A DNA stretch of 64,000 bases from Monocercomonoides exilis PA203 (taxonomy: Eukaryota > Protista > Preaxostyla), in NCBI GenBank assembly GCA_001643675.2, contig LSRY02000078.1, forward strand, positions 4,959-68,958, given 5' to 3'. The notes under the pieces were generated by a model that saw only the letters and a list, made by a program, of their open reading frames with translations, was not told the DNA's origin and did no database searches. The stretch's first letter is position 1. Each line of letters begins with the position of its first letter. Of this stretch, positions 23,921 through 36,531 are shown one piece after another. The position numbers and the translations under genes are program-made.

Positions 23921-24010
<90 letters not shown>
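23921..24010. repeat. (TAGA)n microsatellite, about 22 units
   Basis: Direct read. Confidence 0.97.
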
Positions 24011-24011
<1 letters not shown>

Positions 24012-24153
24012 AGAGAGAGAGAGAAAACAGGAGTGATAATTGTTAAACAAAACAAGAAATGAATCTTATTTTTATTGTGTGATTTCTAAAGAAATTATTA
24101 ACAATATTATATATATATAATGATAAGGACAAATCAATCGAAATCCTCAATTT

Positions 24154-26494
24154 TTAATTTTCTAAATATTTTTCCAAATACCCTTTGCATTCAAACATTT
24201 GATTCCATATGAGGAATATCTCATCAATTGCATCTGAAACAAGCTTTGGATCATATTTTCCATCTCTTTCTAAAAGAAAAGATTTGCGTTTTTTGGTCTC
24301 TGAATCAATGTCCTCCATCGCAACAACGAACCTCGCAAGCATCCTCTTATTCTCATCATTTTGACTCAAATGCAAGAAATTCTGTTGTTTTTCTTGCCAT
24401 TTGGCTTCGCTCCTCGACAATGAAGACTCCATCCCTGCTTGTCTACTCGCTGATGCGCTGAGTGCAGATGGAGTCGCTGAAGACGATTGAAACATTGAAG
24501 AAGATGGAGAAAATTGTTCAAAATTTCCTTTTCTAACTTCTTCGACATATTCTTTTGGAATATGAAAACAAGAGAAGAGATACATTTGTTCGATGATTTT
24601 ATTATTATTTTCCCATTGTTCATCGCATTCCCTGCAAAACTCTAAACATTTTTGCAACCTTGAACTCCCTGTTGATCCATTTCTCCTCCTCATTTTTCAA
24701 ATATTCTATCCGCTCCTCCATATCCCTCTTCTTTTTTCATTTGTGTTTATCTCATCCTTTTTCCTGTCGTTACGTTTTTGGACCATATCTAATTCTCTTT
24801 TCAATGTATCAATACTTATTCCACATTCCTCTTTTCTGTTTTCGCACTCTTTCACTTTGATCTGATATTCTTGTATCTTCTGTCTATTTGAAGGAATATC
24901 ACGCTTTGGGGCAAACAGATCAATTTTCCCTTCACAGACACTTGAATCGTTTAAAAATGCTGTTGGAATTCCTAATCCCACCACAGCTCCAACAACATTA
25001 AGAGCATGCCTTAATGCTTTTGGTGCTTTGAAAACTCCTCTCAAGACCCCATCTTTGATGCAAACTTCTTGTTCTTCCTTGTCGTTGTATGTGTATTTAT
25101 TTCCAGCAGTGAAAAAGCAAGTGGCATTTGGAACATTGATTGGTCTCTCTATGACAACTTCATTTGATGCATAATTGTCAAATTCACAGAATTCAATTGT
25201 GTCAAATTTCACGGTTTCAGGTTGATCTAGTTCATTGATCCTTTTTTGATATTCGACAACATCATCATTGCATTGCCTGATAGTGTTTTCTTGATTTTTG
25301 ATTTTTGTTTCGATTGATTCTTCTGATTCAAAAGTGATGTTTCTCAGCTTATCCTCCAATTCCTCAACATCGTCGCTCACTTCTGAATACAACTTTTCCG
25401 AATCTTTTGCAAAATCCTTGCACGCCTCTATTATCTCTTGAAGCATATTCGGCACTTGAACTCTCCCCTCTTGGCTAATACAAGCCAATATAGCTTGCTC
25501 GCCATCGATGATGCAGAGTCCATAAACCAGTAATAAGATGGTGTGCATCGGTCAAGATTGACATCATTGGGACTCTTATAGTTATTTAAATTTTTAATCT
25601 CGTCTTTAATTGGTTCCTCAGATCCGTCGAGTGTCGGATCATAGTATATTAGTCTGCCATTAGCGTGAGCCTTCTTCCACACAAGAAGTGTCTGAAGTTG
25701 ATTCAAGCTTCTCCTGATTTCCTCTCCTTGCACACCTGTTGCTCCTTTCGCTTTTTGCAGAAGAATTCCAATTATTTGTTCGAGAGATTGTGCTGCTTTA
25801 ATTTCCGGAAACTTCTTTTCGATTTTATCCACTGTTGTTTTTCCAGTTCTGTAAATTTTCCAATCAAACTTCCTTGAACCTTCTCTATAATTTCTGATGT
25901 TTCCTTTTGCTGAATTTTCATTTTATGCAGCCAAAGTTCCTTGCATTTGTTGGCAACGAACACAACTGGAAACTCCTTGTTTTTGCATATCTGGTTAATG
26001 AACATCATATCATCATATGCATTTGTCAAATTGTAGTAGTTTTCATATTGAGAAATATACGCAATCATCACTTTTGATGCATTTCTCTGGAAAAACTGTA
26101 ATAAAAGCATACTGACAACTTCTTCTTTGACATCCACCTCTGATCCAAGAAAGCCTCGAGTATCTAACAAGATAACCTTTTCATTTAATCCATATGATTC
26201 TGGAATGATGGTCTCTGGCTCAATTCCTTTTCCCATTTTAGCCATATCCTCCACTTTTGTTTTCACTACCAAATCTCCATTGTCATCCTCTTCCATTTCC
26301 ACTCCGCGTAATTTGTTTATCATGGTACTTTTTCCAACCTGGCTCCTTCCAAGAACGATCGCCATGTTTTTGCCTGATCCGCAATTGCAACATCTCTTGT
26401 AAAACTCTTTCAAAATATACAAGAAGTCTTCTTGCGAGAACTTCACCTTCCCTCCATTCGCTTTCTCATCTGCCATATGATCTATAAGAGACAT
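24154..26494 (-). CDS. Intronless P-loop GTPase (TRAFAC-like) with coiled-coil C-terminus; left copy, frameshifted in this sequence
   Basis: G1 GRSQVGKS, G2-like ET, G3 DTRG, G4-like NKC. ORFs 25772..26500, 25431..25832, 24706..25548 and 24154..24693 join at homopolymer runs. Confidence 0.8.
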
Positions 26495-29400
26495 TTTCAA
26501 TGACTAACTCAAATATTTATTCACTCCCATATTACTGTTTGAATGGATTCTTTTATTTTGGGCGTTAAGAATTAATCCAGTCCCATTGCAAAATCCGTAA
26601 TTCTTGCAGAAAAAGCAGCAGTCAGAGAATATGCACAATGCAATGTTCATAACACCCGCATTGATTTCAATGAGAGAAGAAGTATCATTTTTGAAAGCTC
26701 GTTGAAACACAGAAATTGGAGCAAGATCGAGTATGGAACATGTTTCGGCACTCTTTGAGCTCCATCATCAGCTTGAGAAGACTGTTCCACAAATCAAGTC
26801 CATTTAATTATTGTCAATCAGACAGAAAAAACTGTTATTCATTGCTCTTTTAACACAAAAAAAGGAGATATCCTTCCTTTATGCAGACATGTGAATATTT
26901 AGCGAATAACGTTTATGTGAATATTAAAAACGAGCAGCATCAACGGAGATAATGGATACAAATGCACTTTTATAATGTATTGAAGAAATACAAAGGATGT
27001 GGAAATTTGTATTTAAAAATAAATAGCAAAAGAAAAATATAATCCAAAGATGAAAAGAAAATGATGTTTTAACAGAATGAGCCTTGAATGGAAGAGCAAT
27101 AATCATTTCTGGTTTGTCATCATTCTCTCTATTGATTTCAAATTGCAATTTCAATCGTTGGTGCACTGGCAAAGAAGTCATTTTCTGTTTGTTGTGACAT
27201 CTATCAGTTGATTTATCGTCTTCAGTTGGCGAATTGTAATGGGAAATGAACACATAAAGGAGGGGATATTCCGACAAGATAACTCCATTGTGCGCGAAGA
27301 TAAGGTGATGCGAACCCAATGATTATGAGGCAAGAAATGCTGGAGGATCTTCATCTCTGAATGATTTTGAAGCGTCACGATCAGGACATGTGGGAGCAGA
27401 AAAGAAAGAAGGCAATAATCAGTGACAGCTCAACTGCAATCCCATTTTGTGTCCAATGACAAATTCTGGCGCCAGAAAGATGATTTGCCAAAGTGTTCCA
27501 GCAGCATTCACAGCTGTGGCTATTCACTTTCTCCTTTTTCATTGCTCAGCATCTGCAAGGCAAGGAGGATTGAATATGGAGCCAGATAAGCAAACATCTC
27601 TCTGCGACAGACTTGGTGTACATTCTATTTTCTTTTGCGAGTGACGATGGTTGGCCAACCATCCCTTCGATCGTTGTGTGCACCTGAATGAAAGGTACAA
27701 ACATTTTGAATAAAGTGATTTGTTCCAGAAGGAGCACATCTCAGATTCCGATGAAATGGGAGCGAAGCTTTCATTGGAATAGAGTTCTTCAGGAAATACA
27801 AAAAGAAGGGGCAGATAGCGCATAAAGGAGAAGAGAGATCGGCATGAGCAGAGGATTACGGGAATGCCACGAAGGAGATTCGTTTGAAGAGCGAGTCAGG
27901 GTCATGCCTGGGCGTGGCAGTGGTAGTGGCGAGCATGAAACAGGTGGCGTCGATAACTACAATACTCGGCAGGAGGCGCGGAGGCGAAGAAGAAAACAGC
28001 TAGTGCTGGGAGAGAAGAAGATGAAAGTTGTGGAGAGAGGAAGGACGATGAGCATGATTGAGACGAACTCGCTTTCTTCGTCTTCAGTAACACTATTCGG
28101 CGTGTCGTGCTGGCCGATTGATGCGCTGCACCTGGAGAGCGATCGAGGAGCAACAAGAAGCCCATCGCCGAGTGTACTTCCAGTGTCACTGGAAGAAGCA
28201 GCGATTAGATGAGATGCCGAGGGAGGCGCATGCGATGGAATCGTTAATACGCTTGATGCCTCTTTCACAGCCCGAAACAAGCAACAATGTGACAAAAAAC
28301 GCAATGACAGAAATCAAAGAAAATATGATCATTTGAAAGCCATTGATTTCTTAGCCTGATTTGTCCATCGCTTTATCGCCTTCTTCGTCAGCACCAGAGC
28401 TCGGAAAGAGTGTCCTCTAGAGCGCAGCAATTCGGAGCATGAAGAGGGAAGCATGAGAAATTTCGATGGCATTGATAGAGGTTGAAGCAGAAGAGAGGCA
28501 TCTGTGGGCGCGGAACTTGACGGCAAAAGAGGATGATGAGCGAGAGAAGGAAGGGTGGAGAACACAAAAACAAGTCTGAACTGGCATGCAGATGTTGTTG
28601 CGAATGGATTATGCGTGCTGAAGAGATGAATTCAGAGGATTTTGGGGGATTTCTCGAGTCAGGTATTGTTTTCGCCATTGCCTTTTGCAAAAACAGAATT
28701 CGGGGCTGAATTGTTGTTCCCTGCAACAAAGGCAAAGCATCTTTCTTTAATTTTTCTGGTTTTCTATTTTTAATTGAAGGAAAGACAGTCCAAAAACAAA
28801 ATTTGTTTGTTCATTCAAGGAATTTTCATTGAAATGGAGCAAACAGTTATCAAAAGCATTCACACCAACCGCTGACTTGTATTCTCGTTGCTCATGCAAG
28901 CTTGCACAAGTGCTGCAATCATCTCCAAAAGCCAAGAGACGAACGTTCATTGGCCAATCAAAACAATGTCTGCTTCCAAGTTCAGAGAAATTCAAATGGG
29001 GCGCCTTGCTATGTCTGTCAAATTGTTGATTAGAGTCTTCCATTGTTCCAAAGTGTTTTGCAATTGTTTTCGATCATTTGATTTTTCGCTTCCATTTTCG
29101 GTGCTCATCTGCCCACACGAGAAATCAGCAATTGGGAGGCAAACATGCATGTTATCTGAGCAGTTTATTTCAGGATCAAAATAAGCGCCCATATCAAAAT
29201 TTTTAGCCAGATTTGATCTGATTAATTATTTGCAAAAATAGAAAGAAAGGAAAAAAAAGTTGATGTTGGCAGCAAACAACCGACATAACATTTAAAAATG
29301 CTCAAGCGTGAGGGGAAGCAGAATGGAAGCGGGCAGAGGGGCAGAGGGGCAGAGGGGCAAAGGAGCAGCAGCTGTGAATTGGGTTGAACATGCAAAAGGG

Positions 29401-30529
29401 AGGGATGTGACACCTGAATTGGCGCCAAAAACGGAAGGGCAATGGCCCCTCGCACAGGATCCGTTGGATTGAAGCGCAGCTGTTCACAGCGTGTGCTTTA
29501 TGATTTCATGCCGAAGGATGCAGATGGATTGATGGACAAGAGCTGCAAAGCAGAGAAGATTTGCTGGAGCAGAGCTGCCAGGATGATGGGAAACAAACAG
29601 TTCAAATATTTATGGCACGCATTTCTTGAAGACAAAAACTCCATTCGATGAAGCCGTTGAGGCATTCGAATGAACTGATTTATTTTCATGTTCTGCAGGA
29701 TCATATTTATTTTTAATTTTTAATTTTTATTTTTTTTTTATTTTTGTTCGAAAAACACAAGTATCTCATAATTTTCGCAGTTTCTGGCTCCGCTTGATGT
29801 TTTTATTTGGCCAGTTTATTTTATTGCAGTTTCCGATGCCTCACGTTCTTGTTTCTGATATGATTTTTTATTGCAAATAAAACACATCAACCAAAATAAT
29901 CTTTTATGCTTTTCTTTTTTATGTTACTTGCAAATAAACAAACAGGAGCTGATTGATCCGAGGCTTAGAAATGAAGAAGCGCATGGAGCAATGGAAAGTA
30001 TTTGAACCTCTTCATTGGATATCAAAAAGGAAACGAATGAAGATAATTCAAGAATCATCTGCTTTTTTTGAGTGGAATGATCAGAATCGAAGCAATTTCC
30101 TTTTGCAGACTGTGCAGGATAAAGGCGTTGTGCAGGTGTTGGATGTGGGCAGAATTTTTGAAAAATGGTTTTTGTTTTGTGCCGAAAGGGACAGAATTGA
30201 AAGGAAAGCATGCGCCTCACTTTCTTTGCAGAAAACTCGGAAAATTGAAGTGTTTTTGGAGGGAAGACTCCAGAAATTGATTATTGACAAATTCACCTCA
30301 AAAATTGTTGGATTTTGAAGAAGCAAATGGAAATGGTGGATTTGTGGAGATTCGGAGGAGGAGACATTTGGCTGCATCGCGAGGTGACTTTGAAGGCTGA
30401 TTTCAAGTATGTCTTGATGGTTTGCTGCTATTTTGTTTTATTAATGTATTTCTGAGATATTCATCGATGTAAATGGATAATTTTAGGAGGAAGGAGAAAT
30501 TGGGTTGTTTCAGAGAGATCAAAAACATT

Positions 30530-32490
30530 TACAATGAAAAAGATGAAGATGAGGAAGGAGGAGGAGGTGGAGGAAGAAGGGGGGAAATGAAGATGATAAT
30601 GTTGAATTGCTTTGTGGAATATCACTGCTTGAAGAAACTGGATGTGCTTCTGCTTGTTTTTGTTCTTATTTTGTTGATGTTGATGCTTTCGCTATCTTAT
30701 TTGTGCCCTTTTCAACATTTTCCACTGAATTTTCGACTTTTTGTTCTTTTGTTGTTCTTTTCTGTATTTTTATCTCTGTTTTCTTGTTGAGGTTTGATAG
30801 TGTTTATCTTTTTGCTCTTCCCTGTGTCTCCGATTGACAGCGCATTTTCGTGTTTGCTCGATTTCTTCAACCGCTGCCTCTTCTTCTTTTTCCTTTTCTT
30901 GTTCTTGTTCTTTTTCCTCATCATTTTCATCTTCTTCTAACTCCAGGAAGGCATCTTCGTTGTCTAAAACTATCAGCTCTTGCTCCTCTTCCTCTCCTCT
31001 TCCTCTATCTCATCATCATCATCCTCCTCTTCCTCTTTCTCACTTTCTTCCTTTTTTGTTCTGTCTATCTTTTCCTCTTCTTCTTCTGCTTTTTCCTCCT
31101 TCTCCTCCTCCAACATCCTATTAGCCTCTCCTGACTGCTCTTCTTCTCTCTCGCCGACGCTCCTCGTCCGCATGATGCATCTGCTGCTGACGCTTTTTGA
31201 GGAAACTGAGATGAAGCATGCGATGGACGACTCGTATTTGCTGCTGCAGAAGGCGGCAGAGATCGAAGAAGTGAGGAACAATAACAGCAGCAGCAGCAGT
31301 GGAGGAAGAGGAGGAGGAACAGGCAGAGGAGCCAGTATAAAGAGGAAGAATGCGAAGAAAGAGAAGAGAAGAGAAGAGAAGAGGCAAAACAAGGAGAAGA
31401 AGAAGAAGATGATGATGGAGAAGAAGAAGCATAAACAAAGAAGAAGAAGAAGAAGAAGAAGAAAGCTGATATGAATAAATTTTATTATTGTTATTTTTAT
31501 TATTGGAAGAAGACAAAGAAGAAGAAGAATACGAAGAAAAATAATAAAATTTATTCATATCAGCTTTCTTCTTCTTCTTCTTCTTCTTTGTTTATGCTTC
31601 TTCTTCTCCATCATCATCTTCTTCTTCTTCTCCTTGTTTTGCCTCTTCTCTTCTCTTCTCTTCTCTTTCTTCGCATTCTTCCTCTTTATACTGGCTCCTC
31701 TGCCTGTTCCTCCTCCTCTTCCTCCACTGCTGCTGCTGCTGTTATTGTTCCTCACTTCTTCGATCTCTGCCGCCTTCTGCAGCAGCAAATACGAGTCGTC
31801 CATCGCATGCTTCATCTCAGTTTCCTCAAAAAGCGTCAGCAGCAGATGCATCATGCGGACGAGGAGCGTCGGCGAGAGAGAAGAAGAGCAGACAGGAGAG
31901 GCTAATAGGATGTTGGAGGAGGAGAAGGAGGAAAAAGCAGAAGAAGAAGAGGAAAAGATAGACAGAACAAAAAAGGAAGAAAGTGAGAAAGAGGAAGAGG
32001 AGGATGATGATGATGAGATAGAGGAAGAGGAGAGGAAGAGGAGCAAGAGCTGATAGTTTTAGACAACGAAGATGCCTTCCTGGAGTTAGAAGAAGATGAA
32101 AATGATGAGGAAAAAGAACAAGAACAAGAAAAGGAAAAAGAAGAAGAGGCAGCGGTTGAAGAAATCGAGCAAACACGAAAATGCGCTGTCAATCGGAGAC
32201 ACAGGGAAGAGCAAAAAGATAAACACTATCAAACCTCAACAAGAAAACAGAGATAAAAATACAGAAAAGAACAACAAAAGAACAAAAAGTCGAAAATTCA
32301 GTGGAAAATGTTGAAAAGGGCACAAATAAGATAGCGAAAGCATCAACATCAACAAAATAAGAACAAAAACAAGCAGAAGCACATCCAGTTTCTTCAAGCA
32401 GTGATATTCCACAAAGCAATTCAACATTATCATCTTCATTTCCCTTCTTCCTCCACCTCCTCCTCCTTCCTCATCTTCATCTTTTTCATT
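30530..32490. repeat. GAA/TTC-rich low-complexity tract (acidic protein remnant) flanking the palindrome centre on both sides
   Basis: Runs of GAA/GAG/GAT triplets and poly-E/K/S ORFs. Confidence 0.7.
31490..31539. other. 50-bp unique spacer at the palindrome centre
   Basis: GTTATTTTTATTATTGGAAGAAGACAAAGAAGAAGAAGAATACGAAGAAA lies between ...AAATTTTATTATT and its reverse complement AATAATAAAATTT... Confidence 0.95.
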
Positions 32491-33833
32491 GTAAATGTTT
32501 TTGATCTCTCTGAAACAACCCAATTTCTCCTTCCTCCTAAAATTATCCATTTACATCGATGAATATCTCAGAAATACATTAATAAAACAAAATAGCAGCA
32601 AACCATCAAGACATACTTGAAATCAGCCTTCAAAGTCACCTCGCGATGCAGCCAAATGTCTCCTCCTCCGAATCTCCACAAATCCACCATTTCCATTTGC
32701 TTCTTCAAAATCCAACAATTTTTGAGGTGAATTTGTCAATAATCAATTTCTGGAGTCTTCCCTCCAAAAAACACTTCAATTTTCCGAGTTTTCTGCAAAG
32801 AAAGTGAGGCGCATGCTTTCCTTTCAATTCTGTCCCTTTCGGCACAAAACAAAAACCATTTTTCAAAAATTCTGCCCACATCCAACACCTGCACAACGCC
32901 TTTATCCTGCACAGTCTGCAAAAGGAAATTGCTTCGATTCTGATCATTCCACTCAAAAAAAGCAGATGATTCTTGAATTATCTTCATTCGTTTCCTTTTT
33001 GATATCCAATGAAGAGGTTCAAATACTTTCCATTGCTCCATGCGCTTCTTCATTTCTAAGCCTCGGATCAATCAGCTCCTGTTTGTTTATTTGCAAGTAA
33101 CATAAAAAAAAGAAAAGCATAAAAGATTATTTTGGTTGATGTGTTTTATTTGCAATAAAAAATCATATCAGAAACAAGAACGTGAGGCATCGGAAACTGC
33201 AATAAAATAAACTGGCCAAATAAAAACATCAAGCGGAGCCAGAAACTGCGAAAATTATGAGATACTTGTGTTTTTCGAACAAAAATAAAAAAAAAATAAA
33301 AATTAAAAATTAAAAATAAATATGATCCTGCAGAACATGAAAATAAATCAGTTCATTCGAATGCCTCAACGGCTTCATCGAATGGAGTTTTTGTCTTCAA
33401 GAAATGCGTGCCATAAATATTTGAACTGTTTGTTTCCCATCATCCTGGCAGCTCTGCTCCAGCAAATCTTCTCTGCTTTGCAGCTCTTGTCCATCAATCC
33501 ATCTGCATCCTTCGGCATGAAATCATAAAGCACACGCTGTGAACAGCTGCGCTTCAATCCAACGGATCCTGTGCGAGGGGCCATTGCCCTTCCGTTTTTG
33601 GCGCCAATTCAGGTGTCACATCCCTCCCTTTTGCATGTTCAACCCAATTCACAGCTGCTGCTCCTTTGCCCCTCTGCCCCTCTGCCCCTCTGCCCGCTTC
33701 CATTCTGCTTCCCCTCACGCTTGAGCATTTTTAAATGTTATGTCGGTTGTTTGCTGCCAACATCAACTTTTTTTTCCTTTCTTTCTATTTTTGCAAATAA
33801 TTAATCAGATCAAATCTGGCTAAAAATTTTGAT

Positions 33834-36102
33834 ATGGGCGCTTATTTTGATCCTGAAATAAACTGCTCAGATAACATGCATGTTTGCCTCCCAATTGCTG
33901 ATTTCTCGTGTGGGCAGATGAGCACCGAAAATGGAAGCGAAAAATCAAATGATCGAAAACAATTGCAAAACACTTTGGAACAATGGAAGACTCTAATCAA
34001 CAATTTGACAGACATAGCAAGGCGCCCCATTTGAATTTCTCTGAACTTGGAAGCAGACATTGTTTTGATTGGCCAATGAACGTTCGTCTCTTGGCTTTTG
34101 GAGATGATTGCAGCACTTGTGCAAGCTTGCATGAGCAACGAGAATACAAGTCAGCGGTTGGTGTGAATGCTTTTGATAACTGTTTGCTCCATTTCAATGA
34201 AAATTCCTTGAATGAACAAACAAATTTTGTTTTTGGACTGTCTTTCCTTCAATTAAAAATAGAAAACCAGAAAAATTAAAGAAAGATGCTTTGCCTTTGT
34301 TGCAGGGAACAACAATTCAGCCCCGAATTCTGTTTTTGCAAAAGGCAATGGCGAAAACAATACCTGACTCGAGAAATCCCCCAAAATCCTCTGAATTCAT
34401 CTCTTCAGCACGCATAATCCATTCGCAACAACATCTGCATGCCAGTTCAGACTTGTTTTTGTGTTCTCCACCCTTCCTTCTCTCGCTCATCATCCTCTTT
34501 TGCCGTCAAGTTCCGCGCCCACAGATGCCTCTCTTCTGCTTCAACCTCTATCAATGCCATCGAAATTTCTCATGCTTCCCTCTTCATGCTCCGAATTGCT
34601 GCGCTCTAGAGGACACTCTTTCCGAGCTCTGGTGCTGACGAAGAAGGCGATAAAGCGATGGACAAATCAGGCTAAGAAATCAATGGCTTTCAAATGATCA
34701 TATTTTCTTTGATTTCTGTCATTGCGTTTTTTGTCACATTGTTGCTTGTTTCGGGCTGTGAAAGAGGCATCAAGCGTATTAACGATTCCATCGCATGCGC
34801 CTCCCTCGGCATCTCATCTAATCGCTGCTTCTTCCAGTGACACTGGAAGTACACTCGGCGATGGGCTTCTTGTTGCTCCTCGATCGCTCTCCAGGTGCAG
34901 CGCATCAATCGGCCAGCACGACACGCCGAATAGTGTTACTGAAGACGAAGAAAGCGAGTTCGTCTCAATCATGCTCATCGTCCTTCCTCTCTCCACAACT
35001 TTCATCTTCTTCTCTCCCAGCACTAGCTGTTTTCTTCTTCGCCTCCGCGCCTCCTGCCGAGTATTGTAGTTATCGACGCCACCTGTTTCATGCTCGCCAC
35101 TACCACTGCCACGCCCAGGCATGACCCTGACTCGCTCTTCAAACGAATCTCCTTCGTGGCATTCCCGTAATCCTCTGCTCATGCCGATCTCTCTTCTCCT
35201 TTATGCGCTATCTGCCCCTTCTTTTTGTATTTCCTGAAGAACTCTATTCCAATGAAAGCTTCGCTCCCATTTCATCGGAATCTGAGATGTGCTCCTTCTG
35301 GAACAAATCACTTTATTCAAAATGTTTGTACCTTTCATTCAGGTGCACACAACGATCGAAGGGATGGTTGGCCAACCATCGTCACTCGCAAAAGAAAATA
35401 GAATGTACACCAAGTCTGTCGCAGAGAGATGTTTGCTTATCTGGCTCCATATTCAATCCTCCTTGCCTTGCAGATGCTGAGCAATGAAAAAGGAGAAAGT
35501 GAATAGCCACAGCTGTGAATGCTGCTGGAACACTTTGGCAAATCATCTTTCTGGCGCCAGAATTTGTCATTGGACACAAAATGGGATTGCAGTTGAGCTG
35601 TCACTGATTATTGCCTTCTTTCTTTTCTGCTCCCACATGTCCTGATCGTGACGCTTCAAAATCATTCAGAGATGAAGATCCTCCAGCATTTCTTGCCTCA
35701 TAATCATTGGGTTCGCATCACCTTATCTTCGCGCACAATGGAGTTATCTTGTCGGAATATCCCCTCCTTTATGTGTTCATTTCCCATTACAATTCGCCAA
35801 CTGAAGACGATAAATCAACTGATAGATGTCACAACAAACAGAAAATGACTTCTTTGCCAGTGCACCAACGATTGAAATTGCAATTTGAAATCAATAGAGA
35901 GAATGATGACAAACCAGAAATGATTATTGCTCTTCCATTCAAGGCTCATTCTGTTAAAACATCATTTTCTTTTCATCTTTGGATTATATTTTTCTTTTGC
36001 TATTTATTTTTAAATACAAATTTCCACATCCTTTGTATTTCTTCAATACATTATAAAAGTGCATTTGTATCCATTATCTCCGTTGATGCTGCTCGTTTTT
36101 AA
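33834..36102 (+). pseudogene. Heavily decayed hypothetical gene(s); mirror at 26924..29192(-)
   Basis: Coding-like composition with a run of short same-strand ORFs (33834..34034, 34461..34697, 34722..35069, 35289..35480, 35707..36102). No recognisable domain. Confidence 0.25.
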
Positions 36103-36531
36103 TATTCACATAAACGTTATTCGCTAAATATTCACATGTCTGCATAAAGGAAGGATATCTCCTTTTTTTGTGTTAAAAGAGCAATGAATAACAGTTTTTT
36201 CTGTCTGATTGACAATAATTAAATGGACTTGATTTGTGGAACAGTCTTCTCAAGCTGATGATGGAGCTCAAAGAGTGCCGAAACATGTTCCATACTCGAT
36301 CTTGCTCCAATTTCTGTGTTTCAACGAGCTTTCAAAAATGATACTTCTTCTCTCATTGAAATCAATGCGGGTGTTATGAACATTGCATTGTGCATATTCT
36401 CTGACTGCTGCTTTTTCTGCAAGAATTACGGATTTTGCAATGGGACTGGATTAATTCTTAACGCCCAAAATAAAAGAATCCATTCAAACAGTAATATGGG
36501 AGTGAATAAATATTTGAGTTAGTCATTGAAA

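Larger units (their letters stand above)
1..31489. repeat. Left arm of a giant inverted repeat; may extend beyond the left window edge
   Basis: Position 1 ATTAATAGAG pairs with CTCTATTAAT at 62582-62591. The ORF track is mirrored throughout, e.g. 25772..26500(-) = 36526..37254(+) and 4872..5375(-) = 57664..58167(+). Symmetry holds to ...TGAATAAATTTTATTATT at 31489. Confidence 0.99.

Noticed and set aside
18694-24055. ORFs made of KKV, SSP or IYLS repeats (18694..18931, 23853..24055 and mirrors), and other poly-L/S/E ORFs
   Set aside because: They are translations of microsatellites and low-complexity tracts, not credible genes.
31490-31539. Covalently closed hairpin telomere of a linear virus or plasmid
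   Set aside because: The content is nuclear-type pseudogenes and transposons with no replication or protelomerase genes, and the arms differ by a transposon insertion, which reading around one hairpin cannot produce.
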